Part shown: positions 42,001 to 57,000 of the stretch, one piece after another | Layout: each line of letters begins with the position of its first letter | Numbering within the stretch: position 1 is the first letter of the stretch | Assembly: GCA_044892505.1 (NCBI GenBank) | Contig: CM097884.1 | Coordinates: 91,202,001-91,266,000 of the forward strand | Source of the DNA: Schmidtea nova | Lineage: Eukaryota | DNA length: 64,000 nucleotides | Direction: 5' to 3' | Made by a program: the position numbers and the translations under genes | Notes under the pieces: generated by a model | Told to the model about the DNA's origin: nothing | The model's input: the letters and a program-made list of their open reading frames with translations, nothing else | The model's database searches: none

Positions 42001-45000
42001 AAGTCCCATTGAAAACAATTGTTGACGATTTGAGAAATGTGTTGAGAAAACCACATCATTATGTGAAGAAAGTGACATTCAAATTTGAAGTGACGAAAGT
42101 TGTTAAAGTGAAATTGGTTGTGAAAGGCTGTGTTGACAAAGTACCGACGCCACCAACATTGCGTCCAACAACTAAATCTACTCCAACTAGACCAGGAGCT
42201 ACAACAACTACAACTAGACGAACAACGACTCTGAAACCATGTGCCGTGAAACTCGTCATCAAAGATAAGCAATTGACAGGAATTACAGTGACACCAAAGA
42301 TTTCCAAGAGTGATGTTAAAAAGTTGAGACCTGATTGGAAACATCCAAAACAAGGTGTTGAGTTCAAACGTGGAAAACACACAATTGTTGTCAAGATCGT
42401 CAAAGGCACTCACCAAAAGAAACCAAACAGAATCACAGCAGCCGGTTTGAAAGTAGTCAATGTCAATCCAGGCGACAAATTGAGCAAATACTTCAAGTCA
42501 GTTACAATTGTAATTACGAAACAAAAGTTCACAAGAGGTGGCAAACGAAAGACTGTCAAGAAAACGATTAAAGTCCCATTGAAAACAATTGTTGACGATT
42601 TGAAAAACGTTTTGAGAAAACCACATCATTATGTGAAGAAAGTGACAATCAAATTTGAAGTGACGAAAGTTGTTAAAGTGAAATTGGTTGTGAAAGGCTG
42701 TGTTGACAAAGTACCAACGCCACCAACATTGCGTCCAACAACTAAATCTACTCCAACTAGACCAGGAGCTACAACAACTACAACTAGACGAACAACGACT
42801 CTGAAACCATGTGCCGTGAAACTCGTCATCAAAGATAAGCAATTGACAGGAATTACAGTGACACCAAAGATTTCCAATAGTGATGTTAAAAAGTTGAGAC
42901 CTGATTGGAAACATCCAAAACAAGGTGTTGAGTTCAAACGTGGAAAACACACAATTGTTGTCAAGATCGTCAAAGGCACTCACCAAAAGAAACCAAACAG
43001 AATCACAGCAGCCGGTTTGAAAGTAGTCAATGTCAATCCAGGCGACAAATTGAGCAAATACTTCAAGTCAGTTACAATTGTAATTACGAAACAAAAGTTC
43101 ACAAGAGGTGGCAAACGAAAGACTGTCAAGAAAACGATTAAAGTCCCCTTGAAAACAATTGTTGACGATTTGAAAAACGTTTTGAGAAAACCACATCATT
43201 ATGTGAAGAAAGTGACAATCAAATTTGAAGTGACGAAAGTTGTTAAAGTGAAATTGGTTGTGAAAGGCTGTGTTGACAAAGTACCGACGCCACCAACATT
43301 GCGTCCAACAACTAAATCTACTCCAACTAGACCAGGAGCTACAACAACTACAACTAGACGAACAACGACTCTGAAACCATGTGCCGTGAAACTCGTCATC
43401 AAAGATAAGCAATTGACAGGAATTACAGTGACACCAAAGATTTCCAAGAGTGATGTTAAAAAGTTGAGACCTGATTGGAAACATCCAAAACAAGGTGTTG
43501 AGTTCAAACGTGGAAAACACACAATTGTTGTCAAGATCGTCAAAGGCACTCACCAAAAGAAACCAAACAGAATCACAGCAGCCGGTTTGAAAGTAGTCAA
43601 TGTCAATCCAGGCGACAAATTGAGCAAATACTTCAAGTCAGTTACAATTGTAATTACGAAACAAAAGTTCACAAGAGGTGGCAAACGAAAGACTGTCAAG
43701 AAAACGATTAAAGTCCCATTGAAAACAATTGTTGACGATTTGAGAAATGTGTTGAGAAAACCACATCATTATGTGAAGAAAGTGACATTCAAATTTGAAG
43801 TGACGAAAGTTGTTAAAGTGAAATTGGTTGTGAAAGGCTGTGTTGACAAAGTACCGACGCCACCAACATTGCGTCCAACAACTAAATCTACTCCAACTAG
43901 ACCAGGAGCTACAACAACTACAACTAGACGAACAACGACTCTGAAACCATGTGCCGTGAAACTCGTCATCAAAGATAAGCAATTGACAGGAATTACAGTG
44001 ACACCAAAGATTTCCAAGAGTGATGTTAAAAAGTTGAGACCTGATTGGAAACATCCAAAACAAGGTGTTGAGTTCAAACGTGGAAAACACACAATTGTTG
44101 TCAAGATCGTCAAAGGCACTCACCAAAAGAAACCAAACAGAATCACAGCAGCCGGTTTGAAAGTAGTCAATGTCAATCCAGGCGACAAATTGAGCAAATA
44201 CTTCAAGTCAGTTACAATTGTAATTACGAAACAAAAGTTCACAAGAGGTGGCAAACGAAAGACTGTCAAGAAAACGATTAAAGTCCCATTGAAAACAATT
44301 GTTGACGATTTGAAAAACGTTTTGAGAAAACCACATCATTATGTGAAGAAAGTGACAATCAAATTTGAAGTGACGAAAGTTGTTAAAGTGAAATTGGTTG
44401 TGAAAGGCTGTGTTGACAAAGTACCAACGCCACCAACATTGCGTCCAACAACTAAATCTACTCCAACTAGACCAGGAGCTACAACAACTACAACTAGACG
44501 AACAACGACTCTGAAACCATGTGCCGTGAAACTCGTCATCAAAGATAAGCAATTGACAGGAATTACAGTGACACCAAAGATTTCCAATAGTGATGTTAAA
44601 AAGTTGAGACCTGATTGGAAACATCCAAAACAAGGTGTTGAGTTCAAACGTGGAAAACACACAATTGTTGTCAAGATCGTCAAAGGCACTCACCAAAAGA
44701 AACCAAACAGAATCACAGCAGCCGGTTTGAAAGTAGTCAATGTCAATCCAGGCGACAAATTGAGCAAATACTTCAAGTCAGTTACAATTGTAATTACGAA
44801 ACAAAAGTTCACAAGAGGTGGCAAACGAAAGACTGTCAAGAAAACGATTAAAGTCCCATTGAAAACAATTGTTGACGATTTGAAAAACGTTTTGAGAAAA
44901 CCACATCATTATGTGAAGAAAGTGACAATCAAATTTGAAGTGACGAAAGTTGTTAAAGTGAAATTGGTTGTGAAAGGCTGTGTTGACAAAGTACCGACGC

Positions 45001-48000
45001 CACCAACATTGCGTCCAACAACTAAATCTACTCCAACTAGACCAGGAGCTACAACAACTACAACTAGACGAACAACGACTCTGAAACCATGTGCCGTGAA
45101 ACTCGTCATCAAAGATAAGCAATTGACAGGAATTACAGTGACACCAAAGATTTCCAAGAGTGATGTTAAAAAGTTGAGACCTGATTGGAAACATCCAAAA
45201 CAAGGTGTTGAGTTCAAACGTGGAAAACACACAATTGTTGTCAAGATCGTCAAAGGCACTCACCAAAAGAAACCAAACAGAATCACAGCAGCCGGTTTGA
45301 AAGTAGTCAATGTCAATCCAGGCGACAAATTGAGCAAATACTTCAAGTCAGTTACAATTGTAATTACGAAACAAAAGTTCACAAGAGGTGGCAAACGAAA
45401 GACTGTCAAGAAAACGATTAAAGTCCCATTGAAAACAATTTTTGACGATTTGAAAAACGTTTTGAGAAAACCACATCATTATGTGAAGAAAGTGACAATC
45501 AAATTTGAAGTGACGAAAGTTGTTAAAGTGAAATTGGTTGTGAAAGGCTGTGTTGACAAAGTACCGACGCCGCCAACATTGCGTCCAACAACTAAATCTA
45601 CTCCAACTAGACCAGGAGCTACAACAACTACAACTAGACGAACAACGACTCTGAAACCATGTGCCGTGAAACTCGTCATCAAAGATAAGCAATTGACAGG
45701 AATTACAGTGACACCAAAGATTTCCAAGAGTGATGTTAAAAAGTTGAGACCTGATTGGAAACATCCAAAACAAGGTGTTGAGTTCAAACGTGGAAAACAC
45801 ACAATTGTTGTCAAGATCGTCAAAGGCACTCACCAAAAGAAACCAAACAGAATCACAGCAGCCGGTTTGAAAGTAGTCAATGTCAATCCAGGCGACAAAT
45901 TGAGCAAATACTTCAAGTCAGTTACAATTGTAATTACGAAACAAAAGTTCACAAGAGGTGGCAAACGAAAGACTGTCAAGAAAACGATTAAAGTCCCATT
46001 GAAAACAATTGTTGACGATTTGAGAAATGTGTTGAGAAAACCACATCATTATGTGAAGAAAGTGACATTCAAATTTGAAGTGACGAAAGTTGTTAAAGTG
46101 AAATTGGTTGTGAAAGGCTGTGTTGACAAAGTACCGACGCCACCAACATTGCGTCCAACAACTAAATCTACTCCAACTAGACCAGGAGCTACAACAACTA
46201 CAACTAGACGAACAACGACTCTGAAACCATGTGCCGTGAAACTCGTCATCAAAGATAAGCAATTGACAGGAATTACAGTGACACCAAAGATTTCCAAGAG
46301 TGATGTTAAAAAGTTGAGACCTGATTGGAAACATCCAAAACAAGGTGTTGAGTTCAAACGTGGAAAACACACAATTGTTGTCAAGATCGTCAAAGGCACT
46401 CACCAAAAGAAACCAAACAGAATCACAGCAGCCGGTTTGAAAGTAGTCAATGTCAATCCAGGCGACAAATTGAGCAAATACTTCAAGTCAGTTACAATTG
46501 TAATTACGAAACAAAAGTTCACAAGAGGTGGCAAACGAAAGACTGTCAAGAAAACGATTAAAGTCCCATTGAAAACAATTGTTGACGATTTGAAAAATGT
46601 GTTGAGAAAACCACATCATTATGTGAAGAAAGTGACAATCAAATTTGAAGTGACGAAAGTTGTTAAAGTGAAATTGGTTGTGAAAGGCTGTGTTGACAAA
46701 GTACCGACGCCACCAACATTGCGTCCAACAACTAAATCTACTCCAACTAGACCAGGAGCTACAACAACTACAACTAGACGAACAACGACTCTGAAACCAT
46801 GTGCCGTGAAACTCGTCATCAAAGATAAGCAATTGACAGGAATTACAGTGACACCAAAGATTTCCAAGAGTGATGTTAAAAAGTTGAGACCTGATTGGAA
46901 ACATCCAAAACAAGGTGTTGAGTTCAAACGTGGAAAACACACAATTGTTGTCAAGATCGTCAAAGGCACTCACCAAAAGAAACCAAACAGAATCACAGCA
47001 GCCGGTTTGAAAGTAGTCAATGTCAATCCAGGCGACAAATTGAGCAAATACTTCAAGTCAGTTACAATTGTAATTACGAAACAAAAGTTCACAAGAGGTG
47101 GCAAACGAAAGACTGTCAAGAAAACGATTAAAGTCCCATTGAAAACAATTTTTGACGATTTGAAAAACGTTTTGAGAAAACCACATCATTATGTGAAGAA
47201 AGTGACAATCAAATTTGAAGTGACGAAAGTTGTTAAAGTGAAATTGGTTGTGAAAGGCTGTGTTGACAAAGTACCGACGCCGCCAACATTGCGTCCAACA
47301 ACTAAATCTACTCCAACTAGACCAGGAGCTACAACAACTACAACTAGACGAACAACGACTCTGAAACCATGTGCCGTGAAACTCGTCATCAAAGATAAGC
47401 AATTGACAGGAATTACAGTGACACCAAAGATTTCCAAGAGTGATGTTAAAAAGTTGAGACCTGATTGGAAACATCCAAAACAAGGTGTTGAGTTCAAACG
47501 TGGAAAACACACAATTGTTGTCAAGATCGTCAAAGGCACTCACCAAAAGAAACCAAACAGAATCACAGCAGCCGGTTTGAAAGTAGTCAATGTCAATCCA
47601 GGCGACAAATTGAGCAAATACTTCAAGTCAGTTACAATTGTAATTACGAAACAAAAGTTCACAAGAGGTGGCAAACGAAAGACTGTCAAGAAAACGATTA
47701 AAGTCCCATTGAAAACAATTGTTGACGATTTGAGAAATGTGTTGAGAAAACCACATCATTATGTGAAGAAAGTGACATTCAAATTTGAAGTGACGAAAGT
47801 TGTTAAAGTGAAATTGGTTGTGAAAGGCTGTGTTGACAAAGTACCGACGCCACCAACATTGCGTCCAACAACTAAATCTACTCCAACTAGACCAGGAGCT
47901 ACAACAACTACAACTAGACGAACAACGACTCTGAAACCATGTGCCGTGAAACTCGTCATCAAAGATAAGCAATTGACAGGAATTACAGTGACACCAAAGA

Positions 48001-51000
48001 TTTCCAAGAGTGATGTTAAAAAGTTGAGACCTGATTGGAAACATCCAAAACAAGGTGTTGAGTTCAAACGTGGAAAACACACAATTGTTGTCAAGATCGT
48101 CAAAGGCACTCACCAAAAGAAACCAAACAGAATCACAGCAGCCGGTTTGAAAGTAGTCAATGTCAATCCAGGCGACAAATTGAGCAAATACTTCAAGTCA
48201 GTTACAATTGTAATTACGAAACAAAAGTTCACAAGAGGTGGCAAACGAAAGACTGTCAAGAAAACGATTAAAGTCCCATTGAAAACAATTTTTGACGATT
48301 TGAAAAACGTTTTGAGAAAACCACATCATTATGTGAAGAAAGTGACAATCAAATTTGAAGTGACGAAAGTTGTTAAAGTGAAATTGGTTGTGAAAGGCTG
48401 TGTTGACAAAGTACCGACGCCGCCAACATTGCGTCCAACAACTAAATCTACTCCAACTAGACCAGGAGCTACAACAACTACAACTAGACGAACAACGACT
48501 CTGAAACCATGTGCCGTGAAACTCGTCATCAAAGATAAGCAATTGACAGGAATTACAGTGACACCAAAGATTTCCAAGAGTGATGTTAAAAAGTTGAGAC
48601 CTGATTGGAAACATCCAAAACAAGGTGTTGAGTTCAAACGTGGAAAACACACAATTGTTGTCAAGATCGTCAAAGGCACTCACCAAAAGAAACCAAACAG
48701 AATCACAGCAGCCGGTTTGAAAGTAGTCAATGTCAATCCAGGCGACAAATTGAGCAAATACTTCAAGTCAGTTACAATTGTAATTACGAAACAAAAGTTC
48801 ACAAGAGGTGGCAAACGAAAGACTGTCAAGAAAACGATTAAAGTCCCATTGAAAACAATTGTTGACGATTTGAGAAATGTGTTGAGAAAACCACATCATT
48901 ATGTGAAGAAAGTGACATTCAAATTTGAAGTGACGAAAGTTGTTAAAGTGAAATTGGTTGTGAAAGGCTGTGTTGACAAAGTACCGACGCCACCAACATT
49001 GCGTCCAACAACTAAATCTACTCCAACTAGACCAGGAGCTACAACAACTACAACTAGACGAACAACGACTCTGAAACCATGTGCCGTGAAACTCGTCATC
49101 AAAGATAAGCAATTGACAGGAATTACAGTGACACCAAAGATTTCCAAGAGTGATGTTAAAAAGTTGAGACCTGATTGGAAACATCCAAAACAAGGTGTTG
49201 AGTTCAAACGTGGAAAACACACAATTGTTGTCAAGATCGTCAAAGGCACTCACCAAAAGAAACCAAACAGAATCACAGCAGCCGGTTTGAAAGTAGTCAA
49301 TGTCAATCCAGGCGACAAATTGAGCAAATACTTCAAGTCAGTTACAATTGTAATTACGAAACAAAAGTTCACAAGAGGTGGCAAACGAAAGACTGTCAAG
49401 AAAACGATTAAAGTCCCATTGAAAACAATTGTTGACGATTTGAGAAATGTGTTGAGAAAACCACATCATTATGTGAAGAAAGTGACATTCAAATTTGAAG
49501 TGACGAAAGTTGTTAAAGTGAAATTGGTTGTGAAAGGCTGTGTTGACAAAGTACCGACGCCACCAACATTGCGTCCAACAACTAAATCTACTCCAACTAG
49601 ACCAGGAGCTACAACAACTACAACTAGACGAACAACGACTCTGAAACCATGTGCCGTGAAACTCGTCATCAAAGATAAGCAATTGACAGGAATTACAGTG
49701 ACACCAAAGATTTCCAAGAGTGATGTTAAAAAGTTGAGACCTGATTGGAAACATCCAAAACAAGGTGTTGAGTTCAAACGTGGAAAACACACAATTGTTG
49801 TCAAGATCGTCAAAGGCACTCACCAAAAGAAACCAAACAGAATCACAGCAGCCGGTTTGAAAGTAGTCAATGTCAATCCAGGCGACAAATTGAGCAAATA
49901 CTTCAAGTCAGTTACAATTGTAATTACGAAACAAAAGTTCACAAGAGGTGGCAAACGAAAGACTGTCAAGAAAACGATTAAAGTCCCATTGAAAACAATT
50001 GTTGACGATTTGAGAAATGTGTTGAGAAAACCACATCATTATGTGAAGAAAGTGACATTCAAATTTGAAGTGACGAAAGTTGTTAAAGTGAAATTGGTTG
50101 TGAAAGGCTGTGTTGACAAAGTACCAACGCCACCAACATTGCGTCCAACAACTAAATCTACTCCAACTAGACCAGGAGCTACAACAACTACAACTAGACG
50201 AACAACGACTCTGAAACCATGTGCCGTGAAACTCGTCATCAAAGATAAGCAATTGACAGGAATTACAGTGACACCAAAGATTTCCAATAGTGATGTTAAA
50301 AAGTTGAGACCTGATTGGAAACATCCAAAACAAGGTGTTGAGTTCAAACGTGGAAAACACACAATTGTTGTCAAGATCGTCAAAGGCACTCACCAAAAGA
50401 AACCAAACAGAATCACAGCAGCCGGTTTGAAAGTAGTCAATGTCAATCCAGGCGACAAATTGAGCAAATACTTCAAGTCAGTTACAATTGTAATTACGAA
50501 ACAAAAGTTCACAAGAGGTGGCAAACGAAAGACTGTCAAGAAAACGATTAAAGTCCCATTGAAAACAATTGTTGACGATTTGAAAAACGTTTTGAGAAAA
50601 CCACATCATTATGTGAAGAAAGTGACAATCAAATTTGAAGTGACGAAAGTTGTTAAAGTGAAATTGGTTGTGAAAGGCTGTGTTGACAAAGTACCGACGC
50701 CACCAACATTGCGTCCAACAACTAAATCTACTCCAACTAGACCAGGAGCTACAACAACTACAACTAGACGAACAACGACTCTGAAACCATGTGCCGTGAA
50801 ACTCGTCATCAAAGATAAGCAATTGACAGGAATTACAGTGACACCAAAGATTTCCAAGAGTGATGTTAAAAAGTTGAGACCTGATTGGAAACATCCAAAA
50901 CAAGGTGTTGAGTTCAAACGTGGAAAACACACAATTGTTGTCAAGATCGTCAAAGGCACTCACCAAAAGAAACCAAACAGAATCACAGCAGCCGGTTTGA

Positions 51001-54000
51001 AAGTAGTCAATGTCAATCCAGGCGACAAATTGAGCAAATACTTCAAGTCAGTTACAATTGTAATTACGAAACAAAAGTTCACAAGAGGTGGCAAACGAAA
51101 GACTGTCAAGAAAACGATTAAAGTCCCATTGAAAACAATTGTTGACGATTTGAGAAATGTGTTGAGAAAACCACATCATTATGTGAAGAAAGTGACATTC
51201 AAATTTGAAGTGACGAAAGTTGTTAAAGTGAAATTGGTTGTGAAAGGCTGTGTTGACAAAGTACCGACGCCACCAACATTGCGTCCAACAACTAAATCTA
51301 CTCCAACTAGACCAGGAGCTACAACAACTACAACTAGACGAACAACGACTCTGAACCCATGTGCCGTGAAACTCGTCATCAAAGATAAGCAATTGACAGG
51401 AATTACAGTGACACCAAAGATTTCCAAGAGTGATGTTAAAAAGTTGAGACCTGATTGGAAACATCCAAAACAAGGTGTTGAGTTCAAACGTGGAAAACAC
51501 ACAATTGTTGTCAAGATCGTCAAAGGCACTCACCAAAAGAAACCAAACAGAATCACAGCAGCCGGTTTGAAAGTAGTCAATGTCAATCCAGGCGACAAAT
51601 TGAGCAAATACTTCAAGTCAGTTACAATTGTAATTACGAAACAAAAGTTCACAAGAGGTGGCAAACGAAAGACTGTCAAGAAAACGATTAAAGTCCCATT
51701 GAAAACAATTGTTGACGATTTGAGAAATGTGTTGAGAAAACCACATCATTATGTGAAGAAAGTGACATTCAAATTTGAAGTGACGAAAGTTGTTAAAGTG
51801 AAATTGGTTGTGAAAGGCTGTGTTGACAAAGTACCGACGCCACCAACATTGCGTCCAACAACTAAATCTACTCCAACTAGACCAGGAGCTACAACAACTA
51901 CAACTAGACGAACAACGACTCTGAAACCATGTGCCGTGAAACTCGTCATCAAAGATAAGCAATTGACAGGAATTACAGTGACACCAAAGATTTCCAAGAG
52001 TGATGTTAAAAAGTTGAGACCTGATTGGAAACATCCAAAACAAGGTGTTGAGTTCAAACGTGGAAAACACACAATTGTTGTCAAGATCGTCAAAGGCACT
52101 CACCAAAAGAAACCAAACAGAATCACAGCAGCCGGTTTGAAAGTAGTCAATGTCAATCCAGGCGACAAATTGAGCAAATACTTCAAGTCAGTTACAATTG
52201 TAATTACGAAACAAAAGTTCACAAGAGGTGGCAAACGAAAGACTGTCAAGAAAACGATTAAAGTCCCATTGAAAACAATTTTTGACGATTTGAAAAACGT
52301 TTTGAGAAAACCACATCATTATGTGAAGAAAGTGACAATCAAATTTGAAGTGACGAAAGTTGTTAAAGTGAAATTGGTTGTGAAAGGCTGTGTTGACAAA
52401 GTACCGACGCCGCCAACATTGCGTCCAACAACTAAATCTACTCCAACTAGACCAGGAGCTACAACAACTACAACTAGACGAACAACGACTCTGAAACCAT
52501 GTGCCGTGAAACTCGTCATCAAAGATAAGCAATTGACAGGAATTACAGTGACACCAAAGATTTCCAATAGTGATGTTAAAAAGTTGAGACCTGATTGGAA
52601 ACATCCAAAACAAGGTGTTGAGTTCAAACGTGGAAAACACACAATTGTTGTCAAGATCGTCAAAGGCACTCACCAAAAGAAACCAAACAGAATCACAGCA
52701 GCCGGTTTGAAAGTAGTCAATGTCAATCCAGGCGACAAATTGAGCAAATACTTCAAGTCAGTTACAATTGTAATTACGAAACAAAAGTTCACAAGAGGTG
52801 GCAAACGAAAGACTGTCAAGAAAACGATTAAAGTCCCATTGAAAACAATTGTTGACGATTTGAAAAACGTTTTGAGAAAACCACATCATTATGTGAAGAA
52901 AGTGACAATCAAATTTGAAGTGACGAAAGTTGTTAAAGTGAAATTGGTTGTGAAAGGCTGTGTTGACAAAGTACCGACGCCACCAACATTGCGTCCAACA
53001 ACTAAATCTACTCCAACTAGACCAGGAGCTACAACAACTACAACTAGACGAACAACGACTCTGAAACCATGTGCCGTGAAACTCGTCATCAAAGATAAGC
53101 AATTGACAGGAATTACAGTGACACCAAAGATTTCCAAGAGTGATGTTAAAAAGTTGAGACCTGATTGGAAACATCCAAAACAAGGTGTTGAGTTCAAACG
53201 TGGAAAACACACAATTGTTGTCAAGATCGTCAAAGGCACTCACCAAAAGAAACCAAACAGAATCACAGCAGCCGGTTTGAAAGTAGTCAATGTCAATCCA
53301 GGCGACAAATTGAGCAAATACTTCAAGTCAGTTACAATTGTAATTACGAAACAAAAGTTCACAAGAGGTGGCAAACGAAAGACTGTCAAGAAAACGATTA
53401 AAGTCCCATTGAAAACAATTGTTGACGATTTGAGAAATGTGTTGAGAAAACCACATCATTATGTGAAGAAAGTGACATTCAAATTTGAAGTGACGAAAGT
53501 TGTTAAAGTGAAATTGGTTGTGAAAGGCTGTGTTGACAAAGTACCGACGCCACCAACATTGCGTCCAACAACTAAATCTACTCCAACTAGACCAGGAGCT
53601 ACAACAACTACAACTAGACGAACAACGACTCTGAAACCATGTGCCGTGAAACTCGTCATCAAAGATAAGCAATTGACAGGAATTACAGTGACACCAAAGA
53701 TTTCCAAGAGTGATGTTAAAAAGTTGAGACCTGATTGGAAACATCCAAAACAAGGTGTTGAGTTCAAACGTGGAAAACACACAATTGTTGTCAAGATCGT
53801 CAAAGGCACTCACCAAAAGAAACCAAACAGAATCACAGCAGCCGGTTTGAAAGTAGTCAATGTCAATCCAGGCGACAAATTGAGCAAATACTTCAAGTCA
53901 GTTACAATTGTAATTACGAAACAAAAGTTCACAAGAGGTGGCAAACGAAAGACTGTCAAGAAAACGATTAAAGTCCCATTGAAAACAATTGTTGACGATT

Positions 54001-57000
54001 TGAGAAATGTGTTGAGAAAACCACATCATTATGTGAAGAAAGTGACATTCAAATTTGAAGTGACGAAAGTTGTTAAAGTGAAATTGGTTGTGAAAGGCTG
54101 TGTTGACAAAGTACCGACGCCACCAACATTGCGTCCAACAACTAAATCTACTCCAACTAGACCAGGAGCTACAACAACTACAACTAGACGAACAACGACT
54201 CTGAAACCATGTGCCGTGAAACTCGTCATCAAAGATAAGCAATTGACAGGAATTACAGTGACACCAAAGATTTCCAAGAGTGATGTTAAAAAGTTGAGAC
54301 CTGATTGGAAACATCCAAAACAAGGTGTTGAGTTCAAACGTGGAAAACACACAATTGTTGTCAAGATCGTCAAAGGCACTCACCAAAAGAAACCAAACAG
54401 AATCACAGCAGCCGGTTTGAAAGTAGTCAATGTCAATCCAGGCGACAAATTGAGCAAATACTTCAAGTCAGTTACAATTGTAATTACGAAACAAAAGTTC
54501 ACAAGAGGTGGCAAACGAAAGACTGTCAAGAAAACGATTAAAGTCCCATTGAAAACAATTTTTGACGATTTGAAAAACGTTTTGAGAAAACCACATCATT
54601 ATGTGAAGAAAGTGACAATCAAATTTGAAGTGACGAAAGTTGTTAAAGTGAAATTGGTTGTGAAAGGCTGTGTTGACAAAGTACCGACGCCGCCAACATT
54701 GCGTCCAACAACTAAATCTACTCCAACTAGACCAGGAGCTACAACAACTACAACTAGACGAACAACGACTCTGAAACCATGTGCCGTGAAACTCGTCATC
54801 AAAGATAAGCAATTGACAGGAATTACAGTGACACCAAAGATTTCCAAGAGTGATGTTAAAAAGTTGAGACCTGATTGGAAACATCCAAAACAAGGTGTTG
54901 AGTTCAAACGTGGAAAACACACAATTGTTGTCAAGATCGTCAAAGGCACTCACCAAAAGAAACCAAACAGAATCACAGCAGCCGGTTTGAAAGTAGTCAA
55001 TGTCAATCCAGGCGACAAATTGAGCAAATACTTCAAGTCAGTTACAATTGTAATTACGAAACAAAAGTTCACAAGAGGTGGCAAACGAAAGACTGTCAAG
55101 AAAACGATTAAAGTCCCATTGAAAACAATTGTTGACGATTTGAGAAATGTGTTGAGAAAACCACATCATTATGTGAAGAAAGTGACATTCAAATTTGAAG
55201 TGACGAAAGTTGTTAAAGTGAAATTGGTTGTGAAAGGCTGTGTTGACAAAGTACCGACGCCACCAACATTGCGTCCAACAACTAAATCTACTCCAACTAG
55301 ACCAGGAGCTACAACAACTACAACTAGACGAACAACGACTCTGAAACCATGTGCCGTGAAACTCGTCATCAAAGATAAGCAATTGACAGGAATTACAGTG
55401 ACACCAAAGATTTCCAAGAGTGATGTTAAAAAGTTGAGACCTGATTGGAAACATCCAAAACAAGGTGTTGAGTTCAAACGTGGAAAACACACAATTGTTG
55501 TCAAGATCGTCAAAGGCACTCACCAAAAGAAACCAAACAGAATCACAGCAGCCGGTTTGAAAGTAGTCAATGTCAATCCAGGCGACAAATTGAGCAAATA
55601 CTTCAAGTCAGTTACAATTGTAATTACGAAACAAAAGTTCACAAGAGGTGGCAAACGAAAGACTGTCAAGAAAACGATTAAAGTCCCATTGAAAACAATT
55701 TTTGACGATTTGAAAAACGTTTTGAGAAAACCACATCATTATGTGAAGAAAGTGACAATCAAATTTGAAGTGACGAAAGTTGTTAAAGTGAAATTGGTTG
55801 TGAAAGGCTGTGTTGACAAAGTACCGACGCCGCCAACATTGCGTCCAACAACTAAATCTACTCCAACTAGACCAGGAGCTACAACAACTACAACTAGACG
55901 AACAACGACTCTGAAACCATGTGCCGTGAAACTCGTCATCAAAGATAAGCAATTGACAGGAATTACAGTGACACCAAAGATTTCCAAGAGTGATGTTAAA
56001 AAGTTGAGACCTGATTGGAAACATCCAAAACAAGGTGTTGAGTTCAAACGTGGAAAACACACAATTGTTGTCAAGATCGTCAAAGGCACTCACCAAAAGA
56101 AACCAAACAGAATCACAGCAGCCGGTTTGAAAGTAGTCAATGTCAATCCAGGCGACAAATTGAGCAAATACTTCAAGTCAGTTACAATTGTAATTACGAA
56201 ACAAAAGTTCACAAGAGGTGGCAAACGAAAGACTGTCAAGAAAACGATTAAAGTCCCATTGAAAACAATTGTTGACGATTTGAGAAATGTGTTGAGAAAA
56301 CCACATCATTATGTGAAGAAAGTGACATTCAAATTTGAAGTGACGAAAGTTGTTAAAGTGAAATTGGTTGTGAAAGGCTGTGTTGACAAAGTACCGACGC
56401 CACCAACATTGCGTCCAACAACTAAATCTACTCCAACTAGACCAGGAGCTACAACAACTACAACTAGACGAACAACGACTCTGAAACCATGTGCCGTGAA
56501 ACTCGTCATCAAAGATAAGCAATTGACAGGAATTACAGTGACACCAAAGATTTCCAAGAGTGATGTTAAAAAGTTGAGACCTGATTGGAAACATCCAAAA
56601 CAAGGTGTTGAGTTCAAACGTGGAAAACACACAATTGTTGTCAAGATCGTCAAAGGCACTCACCAAAAGAAACCAAACAGAATCACAGCAGCCGGTTTGA
56701 AAGTAGTCAATGTCAATCCAGGCGACAAATTGAGCAAATACTTCAAGTCAGTTACAATTGTAATTACGAAACAAAAGTTCACAAGAGGTGGCAAACGAAA
56801 GACTGTCAAGAAAACGATTAAAGTCCCATTGAAAACAATTTTTGACGATTTGAAAAACGTTTTGAGAAAACCACATCATTATGTGAAGAAAGTGACAATC
56901 AAATTTGAAGTGACGAAAGTTGTTAAAGTGAAATTGGTTGTGAAAGGCTGTGTTGACAAAGTACCGACGCCGCCAACATTGCGTCCAACAACTAAATCTA

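Noticed and set aside
42878-42880. Apparent new TAG in tttccaatag (also 44588, 50288, 52568)
   Set aside because: It is out of frame. The coding frame reads TCC AAT AGT (K42N), so the ORF stays open.
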